Positions 11,158 through 25,200 of a stretch of DNA of 64,000 nt are shown here, in pieces. The notes beneath the pieces were generated by a model. It did not search any database and was not told the origin of the DNA. It saw only the letters and a list, made by a program, of their open reading frames with translations. This DNA comes from Nymphaea colorata (Eukaryota). The stretch is taken from assembly GCF_008831285.2 (NCBI RefSeq), contig NC_045138.2, forward strand, positions 38,068,001 through 38,132,000, read 5' to 3'. Every line of letters starts with the position of its first letter. The stretch's first letter is position 1. The position numbers and the translations under genes were made by a program.

Positions 11158-13463
11158 TTTTAATAGCTATTTGAAATGGCATTATTGTATCACGTCACCT
11201 TATTTTTGTAAAATCTCCATTTGGGTCATGAATGACCTAGAACTGTTGTCTAGATGCTTTTAGCTTTCAGATACTTCCACTGTAAATAGGTTGTTGATCT
11301 AGTGGACTATGCTTCTGGTCAATTAATATAGGAAATTTTGGCAGTAAAGTGGCGCACAAATGTTATAAATGAGACAGCTATGACTGATATAGTGATATTT
11401 GTTTTCTTTTATCAAATTTCGACCCACATGCCTTCTTGATTCTTTTTTTTCTAAGAACAAAATATAGTGTCACCTTCTTTGGTTTCTCACCATGGTCAAT
11501 GCATGCTAGAAAAGTGTGCAAATCTGCTTTTCCAGTATTTTTTTTCACAGGGGTATGCTGAACAAAATTAACTTCTCACCGGAGCTTGGCCTTTCTTTTC
11601 CATCTCCTTGTAAAATTTACAGTGCTTCCCTCTTTTGTTTGATCTAGTAATCAGTCAACATTGTTCCAATAAGGCACATCATAGTGTTAGACCAGACCAC
11701 AAAGCCGATGTGAAGTTTAGAGCAGGGAAGAAGTCTTTAGTTCATTCTGCATTGTCAGCCAATTTTGCTGTCACATTTCGGAAGGCTTTGTTCCATGAGA
11801 GCCCGCAAGGTTCTACGTTAAGTGCACCTAGTAATCGAGCGAGCGTCAATAACTTTATTCTCCACAATATATAAAAATTTTGTGCAGCTGATGGGTTCGA
11901 GATTTCTTGATGGGAGCTGCTACAATTACTGCTAGGTGTACAAGAAACCTGAGTATGCTAAGTTTGATTTGTGTAGCACTCTTATTCTAATATGGTAAAG
12001 CAGGAAAACCAAACTCCAGTTCATACAAGGAAGGCCCTCTAAGAGCCACAGCTGGGGAAAGAATGGATCAAGGTAATCATGGTGTCATCTTGCTTGAGAA
12101 CAAACCATGTTTCTACGTATAGCTATATCATGGAGGTTAAGAGCATGCATCTAGACTTATTTAGCAACAAGAATCTTCATGCTTTCAAAGCTTTACGAAA
12201 ATCTAATTTTCTTGAAAGGAAAAGGGGCAGCCTCTGTATGAGAATGAATCTTTTTTGTATTCTAAACGCAATTCTGATGGTAAGATTACTTTCTAAAGTG
12301 AGCGAATTGGGGTACCAACAGGGATGTATGGGAACATGATTTGATAAATGTAACCCAAATTCATTGTTAAGCAAAGAAATGCGGGTTCTTAACATCGGTT
12401 CTGTCACCCCTTTTGAGTTTTATTTTGTTCTTTCTTCCACATTCAGCGACTATTTGCTACTTTGAATTCACATCCGATTCAAAGCGGGCAACTTAAGATA
12501 AATAGTGATTTCGAGAGGTAACACGTCCTGCTGAGCGGGCAAACTTCAAAGTCCAGGTACTTTTCCTTTTCAGATTTTTTAACTGTGTTAGATATAACAA
12601 AGCTTATCGATAAAAAGAGGAGTTAGATTTTCATATGCAAATTAACTGTACTTGAAGTACAAAGAACTATGAGCACCAACATCATCAAACAATCAAAATG
12701 ACCAAAAGGTTTACAAGATGGTAAAATAACTTTTAGAAAGGATAACAACAGTAAATTTAATTTTGAAATGTTGTTTATTGGGCGGAAGACCTCGTCTTGC
12801 TAGTTTAAACTGCAATACCAAAGCATGATGGGGATGGTAACAGCAAAGCCATAGCAGGGTTTGAATTCACAAAACAGACTCAAACCGAGGTACCGCAAAT
12901 TCAAGAAAAAAGCTAGTGCCAAAAGACAACAATTCACAATTGCCTTTAAACCGAAAGAAGTAAAAAGTAAAAAAGGAACCATTGTCCTGTTGTACACCGA
13001 CAAATTTGAAAAAGTAAAAAAATAATAATAATAATTTTTAATAAAAAATCTCTAAATAAAACCAAAGAATACCCTTTAACAAAAGAAAGAAACGCTACTC
13101 AAAATTTAAAAGTTAAAATGAAGGGGCCTCGCATCAAGTATCAACAGTGCATTATTGAGTTCATGAAAAATTGCCGAATTTGGTTTTGAAGTTCTTACGA
13201 GAGCCGTCGTAAAATTCTCCAGGTCTTTTTCTATCTAATGGGAAATGTTTTCGTAATTTTTTCCGTATCTGCGGAAGATGTGGGAGGTGGTGTACGTCAA
13301 TTAACGCTCACAACGAGACCGGATCCGAACCGTTTATGCACATTCAGGGACATTATCGTCTTTGAAAACAAGCCTGTGCCTTTTATAAACCCTTCCAAAA
13401 CCCTAGTGTGCTGGTCGTTTCTGAAACCCCGGAGAAAACTCGAGAGAGAGAGAGAGAGCAAGA

Positions 13464-13838
13464 ATGTGGCGGCGATCTGCAGCATCCGCGCTCTCACCGG
13501 TCATCCTACGGAGAGTGGCGTCTTCTGCTGCTGCGCCTTCGCTGTCCCTCCTTCCCGCCCTCTTCCTCCCACCCATCTCCTCCGCACCTTTGTATCTGCC
13601 ACCCCCCGCCACCCTCGCTCGATCCGCCTCCTTCCAGTTCTTCGCCGGCGGCCCACGCACTTTCGCCACCCGTGGCCGGAGGGCGGCGCCCGACAGCAAG
13701 GATGAGGACAAAGACGACTTCGATGGCGATAGCGACGACGACGTCGACGAGGGCATGGCGAAGTTCTCCGAGTTCGATGGCTCTGACGACGACGAGGACG
13801 ATGATGGGATTGATTCTGATGAAATGTCTGATGATTGA
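13464..13838 (+). CDS. Single-exon 124-aa protein: putative mitochondrial presequence plus highly acidic low-complexity tail, function unknown
   Basis: GC-rich ATG-started ORF. The first 76 aa contain no D/E and are R/S/A/L/P-rich with an R-x-F-A-T cleavage-like motif. 27 of the last 48 aa are D/E. Preceded by a TATA-like TTTTATAAA (13381), a telo-box AAACCCTA (~13398) and a GA-rich leader, and followed by T-rich 3'UTR-like sequence. Confidence 0.75.
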   Translation: MWRRSAASALSPVILRRVASSAAAPSLSLLPALFLPPISSAPLYLPPPATLARSASFQFFAGGPRTFATRGRRAAPDSKDEDKDDFDGDSDDDVDEGMAKFSEFDGSDDDEDDDGIDSDEMSDD

Positions 13839-15053
13839 TACGTCAACGGCCCCTTCTTAGTTGTTTGAGCCCTTTTTAAGTGATGAAATTCTGCTTAGGG
13901 TTTCAGAAGTTTAGGCTATGGTCCCTTGAGAGTGAGAGAGAGAGATACTTCTGTTGTAGGGTTTTTGTGTTAGAAATGTGGTTTCTGTCTTAGTGAATGC
14001 TTCCGTTACAATAATTTCCCTTGTTTCTTTTGTGTGTAGTTTTTGCAGTTCGCCTCTCTCGTTTCATGTGCTGATCGGAGGGAGGAAGAAAGAAGATTTC
14101 CTCAGTTTTCATCCGAAATTCATGACAAGTGACTGAGTGAGGCTCTTACTGGAAAGGTCGCGAAATTGGTCCCTTTTTTGCCTACGAGCCAAAATTTCCT
14201 TGTTATGTTTCAACCTGTCTGGTTTCATCAAAGAATCATTCTCCGATATTAGTTTTTAGAACCGGGTATTGGCAAGTAAAAGAGAATGGGTCTATAAATT
14301 TCAGATGCTATCCAGATCCAAATTTGAAACTGAAATCAATTAAAGATCGAGATGTACGCGCTGTAGTAGCATAGATTCCGTTTGACTGGGTTGTATTGGA
14401 ATGTTACGACAAAAATGGATCTGGGCACAACTTACTTATTGAATCTCGTTTTGACTAATCTGGTCACAACTTACTTATTCAATCTCGTTTTGACTACTGG
14501 ATCCAACTTCCTATCCAGATCCAAGACGGGCATTACGAATCGTTCGGGTCGAAGAGCGACGCCTAACAACCAGGAAATGCTTTGAAAGAAAGCTCAAGAA
14601 TGAATTGGGTCTCTATCCAAACAGTTTAAGCCACCGTGAGACTTGAGAGAAAATTAGAGCGACTCTAAATTCCAGTTTTTTTTGGACGAAAGCTAGCTGG
14701 ATCTGATCTCTTCGTTCAAAAACTTTGAAATCACCAAATATTACCATGTTTTCCTCTAAAGAAATCAAATATTATAACACTCAACCGTCCAAACTATTTT
14801 TTAGCCTATACAATCTGGTTTATAAATCGATAATGCATGCAATTTATGTTGATTACGTATGTTTTTTGGGGGTGGAGATCACTTTTCTAGAGTTTAAGAA
14901 AAACTTGTTAAAGTGATTTGAGACATTTTTCAAACGCTACATATATTATATTATTCTTTCAGTTTCATTCTCTAACTGCATACAGTAGAACTCATAGGTA
15001 GTCCCAACTGGTGGATAAGCAGAGAGAAACAGAGCCTTTGAAAGCTATCATGT

Positions 15054-16184
15054 CTACACAGAGCAGTGGAACTTCTCCAATGAGCGGAGGAAGTCAAGAG
15101 CTGCCTCCCTGGCCTTCTCCGGCGGCGGCACATCAGGGTTCAACGGCTCAAAATCTGCCTTCCATTCAGCCTTGCACTTTTTCTGCTCATAGCCGGGTTC
15201 TGGCATGAAAGTAAAGGTGATCTTGTATGGATCATACATGTTCCTGAGCTCACCATCAACCAGACTGTAACTCACCAACCGCCCGTTCTCAACCTTCTCT
15301 ATCTTCTGTGTTGATTCCTTAACGAAACCCCGCAAAGCTAATTCAACATCAAACAAGTGTTAAGATCTTCATTCTGCATATTGTGGTGCTAGTGTATGAA
15401 CACAGCTACACATTAGGTATGTGTATGTGTGTGTAACAACATTGAATGGCGACTTACTGACTTATGAGGGTCATCCAGTCTATCATGATGAACAGTTGGA
15501 AAAAAAAAAGTGGAGAATATTTTTATTTACTAATATTAGCTTGCACTTTTTTTGTTTGTTTTTCTTTCAACTGTCCATCTTAAAGGATAAGACGATCCTT
15601 ATAAGTGAGTTAGATTACTTTCGATAGACATATATGTAGACACACACCCATTTTTGTGCTTGGTATGTTCGTATGTAGCATGTATTTATCACCATGCGTG
15701 CACGAATTCACAAAAGATGTGAGCATCCGTGCTACTCAGAGCACGGACCTGCTGCTGGCCCGAGCTGGCCATGTTAGATCCCGTGGGACGAAGATGAGTT
15801 CATGTTTATCTCTCTCTCTCTCTCTCTCTCTCTCACGCATTACATTTCATGTAAGTCGGAAACAGCCGAAGTGTGCGGGACTTGTGGACCTGGTCGACGT
15901 ACATTTGCCGTAAATTTTCAGGTTAGGATCATGTTGATTATGTTATCTAATTGATAACAGAGACGACAGGAAAATACGAAAAGGAAAGTATATTATAGCT
16001 CCAGAAGATTACCAGGTCCTAGCTTGAAATGGCGCAAGCTTCCGGGTGACCCATCTCCTTGGAGATACTCTGCTTCAGCAAGGAACTGAGGATTTATTTT
16101 GCTAACAACCTCGTTATTCATAAACATTCCCCACGCAGTAGGAGCAGGGACATTGATCATCACTTCTCCTTTGAGGGTTCTCAT
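15054..16184 (-). CDS. Major latex protein (MLP)/Bet v 1 (SRPBCC) family protein, 151 aa, 2 exons
   Basis: Exon 1 16184-16013 (MRTLKGEVMINVPAPTAW...EYLQGDGSPGSLRHFKLGP, glycine-rich loop GDGxxGS). Exon 2 15337-15054 (ALRGFVKESTQKIEKVENGRLVSYSLVDGEL...CKAEWKADFEPL). Phase-1 intron typical of the family. TATA-like TATTTAA at ~16256-16262 on the minus strand. Confidence 0.92.
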
Positions 16185-18146
16185 TGTCACTTCCTCTCTC
16201 CTTTCCTGTAAGGCTTTGTTCTGCAAGTTGCTGATTCTAGTGCACGTTGTGGTCTTAAATAGGCCGCTTGAACCCTAGAAAGGGACACAAGAAAGCACCA
16301 AATAGATTAGAGAATGATATGGTGAATATATCTTTTCTTGTCAGTTCTTGTTCCTGTCTACCTTTTATTGATTAAGAAGCACGACCAACTAATTGATCAA
16401 GACCACATACAGATAATGATTCTATTATAAAGCAGATTCCCTATAAAGGGCATGGCTCATTGCACTTTATACCTTCAGCCTACTATAAAAGCTGCAAGCC
16501 TGCAATTTCAAAGATTACCCAAACAACTTTTTACTATGAGAGCTACAGGAGAATGGTTTCCCGGTCTACTATAATGCATATACTAGCTATGTAGTAAATG
16601 GTCAACATGTATATAATATTCCTACCGTACAGCATCAGCGTTATTATGTATATAACTAGGTGCAATCAGAGTTCATGAATGTGCTTCCAGCTATGTGCAT
16701 TTTGGAGTAGAATCTTTAAACTATTGAGCAATTATTATAAAAAAAAAAAAGGTTGCCAAACGAATCTTTTATTTGGTAAATAATAGCCTTTATGTGACCT
16801 AAATGATATAGACCTTGTTAGGTTTCAAGGTCAAGTTCTCTTTTTGTTCCATATAGGAATACCACCAATGAAAAATTATGATAAAATAAAAATGGCGTGG
16901 AATTATAGGGCCTGCGTCATGTCCTGCTTTCTATGAAGAAATTCATTCCGTTGTTTTGGAATTATGGCAAAGGACACGGTCCGATATTGGACCATCGATT
17001 TCTTTAAATTTTAAGGCTGAACAAAGGTACATAGGTGTTGTTTGAGGAACAACTTATACAAGACGTATCCTGAATACACAAAAAGGAATTCCCGAGAGCA
17101 TCTCGAAATTTTATGGACAAGAAAAAACTTTCGATGTTTAATCTCCCCTTTCTCTATCTAGAATTTGTGAACAAACTATTTAGGGTAGAGTTCATTATAA
17201 TTCTATCAATTTATATTGAAATTTTTTCTTTTCTCGGTGTCCGCCTTTAATTGCATGCATTGCATTTGCATAATTGCTAATCACCAAGTATTAGAGTTGT
17301 TAAAAAAGTTGTGATGCTAACACAAATGTAGTCCAGTTCATGTTATTTTACTTCATTAAGAAATCAAATAATAAATTATAAACTCATTTCTGTAATTCTT
17401 CCCTTTTTGTTACGTTTATAAAAATCCAAAATGTTCACCTACCGTAATTTTATAATTTCTTCCACCGGAATTCGTCACCTTGCGCAGCCATCAATGTGGA
17501 CAACCCGGTTCTAGTCACATCTGAGGGACCAAATAGCACCATGGACGGCAAAGATGCCCAAATCTTGTCAATCGAACAATGCAAAAGTGAGATCGGAACA
17601 TGCCGGGGGTCGCGGAGAAGGCTGTCTGCTTTCGTGCCAAGTCTCCCATAAAGTTTTGCATGCTGCATCTTCCCATTTTGTCAACTAGCGATGAAGTGAA
17701 TCAGGTTCTCTAACAATGATATGAGACGTGATATTTCACTTGAATGCTTCGTCTCTTTCGAACTCTTAGAGTATGCTAAAAATATGGCATTTAGGCCACA
17801 AACTGGCTTCACAGGTGCGTAGATTGAATTTTATAGAAGCATTTTAATCAACAATCTTATATTAATGGACTCGAAAATTTAGTCTGCACTTCAAAATTTT
17901 GCAATCGCTTTGAAACCCTCTCTCCGAAGTGTCGGTCGAATGCAGAAGATAGAGGTAAACATGAAAAGAAAAGAGGATTGCAACACAGAGAACCGGAGAA
18001 CATACGAATGCCATAATCGGCGCATATGTAATGATCGGCCATGTAAAAATATCGTCGGAATGACCTGTGCGGGATAAATTTCATAAAAGGGTGCAACAGC
18101 GTGATCCGTTTGGCATAGACCCAATTTTTCCTCTTTGATCCCTTAT

Positions 18147-18257
18147 CCATTTCTTTTCTTGCTCCCGGTGGTATCAAGATGCCAATGTGTTGGATATCTT
18201 ATATTTCTTTTCTTGCTCCTGGTGGTATCAAGATGCCAATGTGTTGAGATATCTTAT
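18147..18257. repeat. ~55-bp tandem duplication
   Basis: ATTTCTTTTCTTGCTCCYGGTGGTATCAAGATGCCAATGTGTTG..ATATCTTAT occurs twice. Confidence 0.9.
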
Positions 18258-19702
18258 CTGTTTCTTAAAAAAATGAACATAGATACCTCCAGAAAAGATT
18301 TTCAGTTCAATTTTTTTTTTTTTTTATTTGGACCAATCCACCTATTTGGCTTCTTGTATTAAACATAATTTGTGTATCAAATCCAATGATACTATTGTTC
18401 CGTACCATCATGGATGAAGACCCGGGCAAGATATGGACTTCTTCGGGTGCAAGAGACGGAGAAGGCCTCTTACCTTAGAACAGCCATGGGGTCCTCGTTT
18501 TCTCATTAAGGTTTTCTGGGTTTCATTCACAATTTTCCAACCCAAATTCAACATCATCCGTGCCAAGCACCATTTTTTTAACAAGAAAAAAGGATTCGAA
18601 TATAAAATGAGAAACATGGAGTACTCTGAAAAAGATAGTCAATTGACTTTCTCGAAACTTTAATCTCCACAGAAACCAGAAATTTGCCTCCAAGAAGAAT
18701 TTGCTAAAGAGAGGAAAACTAAAAGCCATACTTAAAAAGGACCGTCATTCAAGGGATACGCTCCAAAGGAAGAAGGATCTTTCAAAAACTTTGGAGAAAA
18801 CCTAACTTACCCCGATCAAGTCCTATTGGCCTAGCTAAGAGCTTGTTCAAAAAAGTCTCCAAGCGGAAGAGGTTATTACTATAACGCGGTGTAATTGGTA
18901 CAACTGTGAGGACTGGGCCTATTTTCCTGTTCATCCGTTTTCAGCTGTATTTTTGCAATAAAGGTGACAGGCCTAACCTCCAGCAGGGCTGCTGCTTCTT
19001 CTGTGCCCAGCAAATCCAAGCTCCAGGCTGACCCATTTAGATTCCCTAACTCTGCAGTTCAACAGTCCAAGCCCTAACTAGAACCCTAACCCAACCCAGA
19101 GAGAGGGGCAGAAAGATTCAGTCTAGCCATCCATATACGTGAAAATCAGACAAAGATTCAATAAGAAACCCAATAGTATCTGCATCCAATTACTAATTGG
19201 ATGTGAAATACTGAAATTTCTTATTGAATACTACCTGACTTGGGATCAAGACGACAATCGGATTATATAAAAAAACATGGCCGCCCTTTGTGATAATGAA
19301 GGCAAATCTTTTCCAGTGGTTAATACAGGTCGTTGTCAAAAGGTAAGATTCGCTCAACATACCAAAAGCCAATGAAGCTTTGGAGAGAGACGTGGTCTTA
19401 GGGACAGACGACTATAAATAACAGATGCAATCTCCATGAAGAATGTCCAACTAACATGCATAATAGGTGCTCAAATTGATGCATTACACGAGACTTGTAA
19501 GAAAAGCAAAGGGAACGAAGGTATAATCACATCTATCATTCTAATGACTTTGCAGGTACACTGTACAAGAACACATATAATTGATAGAAACAGCAATCAA
19601 GCAAGAAGAGAAAAAAAGAAAACTAATATAGGTCACACAGATCAGGATACTCGCACTTGCATCAACAAGTATATATAGAAGGGAAACCAGGAGAAACTAT
19701 GA

Positions 19703-22247
19703 CTAACATCCATTATTTTTTTCTAACTCAGCACTTAGCATATGATGGAGCAAAATATGTACTCTGCCGCTCCTTTTTGAACTGCAGCAAAGGATTAGAG
19801 GAGATGATGAATGCAAAAATTATTCTAAATAAAGACAAGATGTCTTCTTAAAGAAAATGTATACTAGAATAGTGAAGATGGTGGGCTGACATACCTAACA
19901 CGCAATTGTGGCACAAAGGAACTCCTTCGATCCTGACAAAATAAATTTGAAGAGTCAAGTGCCATAAAAATGCAACAAGTTAATCTTTAGAAAATTGAAA
20001 TAATCAAGCACAATGAGGTTGCACCAATGAACGATGTTGATTTTCTTATCAGTGAATAAAAAATTAGCAGAGACAATAATGAATTAAACGAGATGTTTAA
20101 GTAACCCTTTTCTAGCAGAAGTATACCCAAGATTACTAATGAACTTGAGCAAAGAACACGGCAAGTATGAGACATTGTGACAAAAGTATTCATATGTGCA
20201 GTCAAAAAATGAGATTTGTTGGCAGATCACGTATGTGCCCATCAACGTAGACAATTTTTATTTTGAGAAGATACCAAGAGGCCCCGCTTTATTGGTAGAA
20301 AAGGTTTGCATTAGGCAAAATTTGTCTCTGCAAAAAATTATGGAAGTTGGAACCTTGGCAAAAGTTCTGCCTCTTTTTGGAGGAAAGGCACTTTGCATCT
20401 TCTCCGGTTACCATGTTAAAGCTTTAACCATTGCATAAGGAAAAGCTGTCTCCAATCAAACAGCCAATAATTCCTGACATGAATGTGACAGAACCAACTA
20501 CAGGTACTTCCTCATACTAATTATGACATGCAAATTAAAGACAATTCTTTCTATTCAAAAGAACAATGAAAGAACCTCACTTTTCCACAGATCACTATTC
20601 ATGAGGACCATTAATGGCGGCTAAGCCACCTCTTTCCAAATTATAGTCCAGTTTATCAATCAGAACCATGATAACAGCACAAAATCGGTGATGTCTGAGC
20701 AAGAGAAAAAGTAAATTTTGTTTACAAATTTGAATACATTCATAGTTCAACCAAGGTGAGCATATATGACACTTTAATAGCAGAAAACGATATTACTCCT
20801 GATAGCACCCTGACCTTTCTATTTTCATCTTGTGTACTCTCCAGCTCCATTTCAGCAAAAAAGGCCTCCAACACGAATGCCACAATCTACAATGTATCAA
20901 CCCAAAAAGTAAATCAGAGCAGTAAAGACCCAGTGTTTGGAACATGAAAGTTTGACACTTGAAAGACTTAACACCCTATGTTTAGTAAGAGCCTGGGTGA
21001 TTCTATTCAAGCTCTGCATGAGTTTTTCAGCATAGTTAGAGCTGGTCTTTCCACATACATCATAATGAAAAGTAATAATAATAGTGTGTATCGGCAACCA
21101 TTAATGCTAGGTGGTGTAAAATATTTAAGTTGTCCATCTAAACAAATAACCATCCTAAACTAGATAAGAATAGTCAATAGATAAAGGATTGAAATGTGAA
21201 ACTTTCATTTCTAAAAACCTAGTCAAACGCAAGTAAAAGGAACATCAGTTTCAGGGACACCAGCATATTCTACTGTTTAATATTGCAAATTGCAAAAATT
21301 TGTGAAAATGCACATTGGATATTATCTATTAGATGCCCACCATTGCTGACAAAGATAATAATTAGAGATAACAAGAGAACTGAAAGAAGTAGGGTAGCCA
21401 ATGAAGAAAAAGAAGGCCCATATATATATATATTCAATAAAATAAGTTACATTACCAGATTTAACAGCATCAGGACTGTAATGACGTAAAAACTTGCAAA
21501 GAAGACTATTGCCCATGATGTTCCAGTCAATTCCACGTAGCTCTAAAATATAAAATCAGGCATAAGCAATTTCAGGCACGTGAGAGAAAAAAGAGGCACT
21601 TTTCCAGAAAAAATAAACTCATGAATTTGCAAAAAATAGAAAAATTGAGCTATCCGATAAACAATTGTTTTACTTCTTTTGCAATGTGACATGTGACCTC
21701 CAAAAATTTTAAAAAATGAAAAATTTGAAGCATATGTTCCATTATCAGCTAACAAACAATTCAAAGCACATCTATAATAATGAATTGGCTGGTAAGAGCT
21801 TGGCCCCTACTCCAAGATTAATCTTGATGCAGTCTCAAAATTTCTTACTGAAGACAACATATCCTCATAATATGTAAGAGCCTGCTAGTCAAAAGTTGAT
21901 CCAAGCCTTGGATATAGCATTTCAAAAGTTTTAGTCAGCTAATCAGTAATTCTATCCAGATACACTTGGGTAACAATCGGGTGGAAATTTTCACTGTCTC
22001 AGGCAAAAATCAAACTGGTTCGGGTGATAAACACCATTATTGCTACTTTCAGGGGCAGAGACAAGGTGGGCTGGCAAAGGCCACCCCCATTCCCCTTAGA
22101 TTTTGAAAAACAAAACTTTATCTTTTCACGTTTTCAAAAATTTTACCTTGGTCCATGTAAAAATTTTGAAAAATGTAATGGGCCCTGCCGAAAATTTTCA
22201 GAGATTACATTTAGGACATCAACTTGATTTCTAGTTTTTGGGGCCAT

Positions 22248-22293
<46 letters not shown>

Positions 22294-25200
22294 TACACAC
22301 ATGTCAGCCCCTCCAAGAAAAAATTGTATCTGTGCCCCTGACTACTTTCCGCCATTTAGTACTACATTCTATTGTTGTTTGGAGACAGACAATCTGAATC
22401 TGTTCATTCATAGAAGCTACGAGGCAAGAACAGAAACACTGCCAATGAAAGACTGATTCAGGTGTCAAGACCACCCATCAACCATGGTTGGTTTTTGCAT
22501 ATTACAGCAATGTGGATGGACTACATCCACATCAGCCTTTAGATATTGTTCACGAAGTGTTCAGATGTCCTAAAGAGTTTTGCTTCATCCAGTGATAAAT
22601 TTAGCAATATCCTCAGACATAAAAGTATAAAATAAACTTTTATTCATATTAAAAGGTTGGCACTAGTACATAAGTAACTCCAAGTTTAAGAGGATGAATC
22701 TTCAGTATTGGTCAAAGTACCTGCATCCATACTTGCCAATTGCCCATAACAAGCAGATTGAATAGTGTCACCATTCCATTTGGATAATCATTGAAATTGA
22801 AAAGTAGATAGCTACTTGTATTAAGGAAATATGATGACCAACAATGCTGCTTTTTAAAATAATATTGTAACACCTTCATCACATAAGAAAAGAACTAAAA
22901 TCGAACATTAATCATCATACAGCCCTCACTGACAAGATCAATGAACAAAGTAAAATGCAGTTCTAAAAATGGATCAGCCAGCCTATAGCAACTTGAGAAG
23001 GATACTCATCATCCCAAAGGTCTGTGCTCTCCAGTTTAGGGTTCCCTGAATAGACAAGGCCGCCAAAGAGCTGAACAGTGAAAAAAAAAAGTCTGTATAA
23101 GCAATATTAATTGATCGAATTACTTCAGAGATGAGAAAAAATTTATCCCTGGAGTTTGCAAAACTTTCAAGAGTCGCATCATATTCCTGTCAAGCTAACA
23201 ACAACTCATACACAGAAAGCGCTAATATAAGCAGAGTTGTCTCACTGCATCTAGCACCAATTTTGGCTAAAAGAATATTGTGAAGCATGTACGATCCATG
23301 AAGTACTATTAACAGGAGCACAACATAATTCAGTTGCTAACCTGACAACAATTTTCATGTAAGCATATGAAGCAAAAAGACCCTGCCAATACATTCACTG
23401 AATATTTGCCTATTTAAAATCATGCAAAGCCATACTAATGACACAAAACATACATTACTTACAAAGTGACCACTTGGAACGGAAAAAATGGCAAGATCAT
23501 TTCAGATAAGAAAAAGCATATCGATGAAAATACACTGTGAGGGTTTACTATAGCAATATTTCCAAATTGTTGTTTTATGAAACAAAACCATGTTCACAAG
23601 AAGAAGTCAGATGCCTTAAGTAATCATAAAGAAGATTCTCAATTTTCATAATGCAAACATATCAATCTTGACGCTCCTCTCCACAGGATTTCTGACATCA
23701 GATTCTTTCTTTCCTGATTGTAGTTGTTTCCTTAAGATAACAGTTCGGGATGATGCTGATACACATTTGTAAAATTTCTTTCTCACAACAACCTCTTTTC
23801 TCTTAGGAACTATATATCTACATCTATATTTCTCAAATTTACTTCAGTGTTGTCTTTATTTTTCACATCTCTCACTCCTACGACAAACTTCGCACCGATT
23901 TGTATGGCCATTTATGCCCAAAACAAAAAAATTCAGTTCCATATATTTTTTTTGGGAACCTTTTTGCAAGATGAGATTTTCTTGGGAAAGTATTGGGAAA
24001 GCTGTGGCATTTTAGAACTTAAAAGCAATGTTGTAAAAAGTGCAGTGTTGTACGTATCGTACGATACGAGCCCGTATCGTACGATACGTATCCTATTGAT
24101 CACATTTTACGATACGATACACCCCCCGTATCGTAGATGAGGGGTGTATCGGCCCTATATCGCACGTATCGTGCGATACAAGGCCCGTATCATACAATAC
24201 GGGGCGATACACCCTGTATCGCACGATACGTGCTAATTTTTTAGGAGACATTAAACAACCAAAAAGTAAAAACCCTTCGATGCCCGACCCTTCTCCTTCC
24301 TCTCTCTTGACTTTCAACAGTTCCGGTGGGTGTTTGGGCAGCTACAGACCGACGGCGACCGACAACCAGTGACGGATGGAGAATGGCAACGGACGGCGAA
24401 TGAAGGGATATGGGTGAGAAACCCTCCCTCTGCTCCGTTTCAGAAGATAGCGAGACGAAGGGAGGACCGTCGAGCCGTCGATGGGAAAGAGAGAAGAAGA
24501 AAGCAGGGCTGCCCGGCGGTCTGCTCTTCTTTCTTCTCCGCCCCCTTCTTCTGCCTTTACCTCACTTCTGCTGCCGCTTGATGCGCCATTGGCCGTCGCC
24601 ATTTTCGTTGTGCTGGGCATAGAGAATAAGCTGGCGGTGCGTGAAGGGTAACAGTGATAGGTTGCATCGGGCGGCTCCATGGCGGGAGAAGGCGATCGGT
24701 GCCTCACCCACCTTCACATAGAGGAATGAGCATTTGAAAGCCCTAATTTTTCATTTAGCTCGGCCTCCCGGTTTTGCATATTCAAAGTGGATCTTACATC
24801 CAAATCTGATAGGATCCAATGAAAGTGATGTGCATAATTTAGACATAAGTCTCCATTCGGCTTTGAATTCCAATGGTTTGGATTTGAAAGTCTTCCACAT
24901 TGAAATTTCATGGATTGAAGAACTTATTATTTTTTATTTTTACTGATTTTTTAAGAATTTTTTGAATTATTTTTTGATTTTTTCTTGATTTATTATTATT
25001 ATTTTTTTAAAAAATGCGATACGGTTACGATACGGTTACGATACGTTACGATATTTTACGATACGGCGTATCTTAAAGCCCGATCGATACCGGTTACGAT
25101 ACGTTTTTTACAACATTGAAAAAGTGTATCATAAACCGTATCGGTCTGGCTTTAAGATACGTCATATCGTAAAATATCGTAACCATATCGTTTTTTTTTT

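Noticed and set aside
13238..13860. Overlapping ORFs of 147-155 aa on both strands
   Set aside because: Shadow frames of the GC-rich 13464-13838 gene, which has the coherent presequence plus acidic-tail design.
19320..19412. Possible terminal TPC1 coding exon after a TTTATAG acceptor
   Set aside because: The conserved C-terminus ([10 protein letters not shown]) and stop are at 19781-19703. This stretch is at most 3'UTR.
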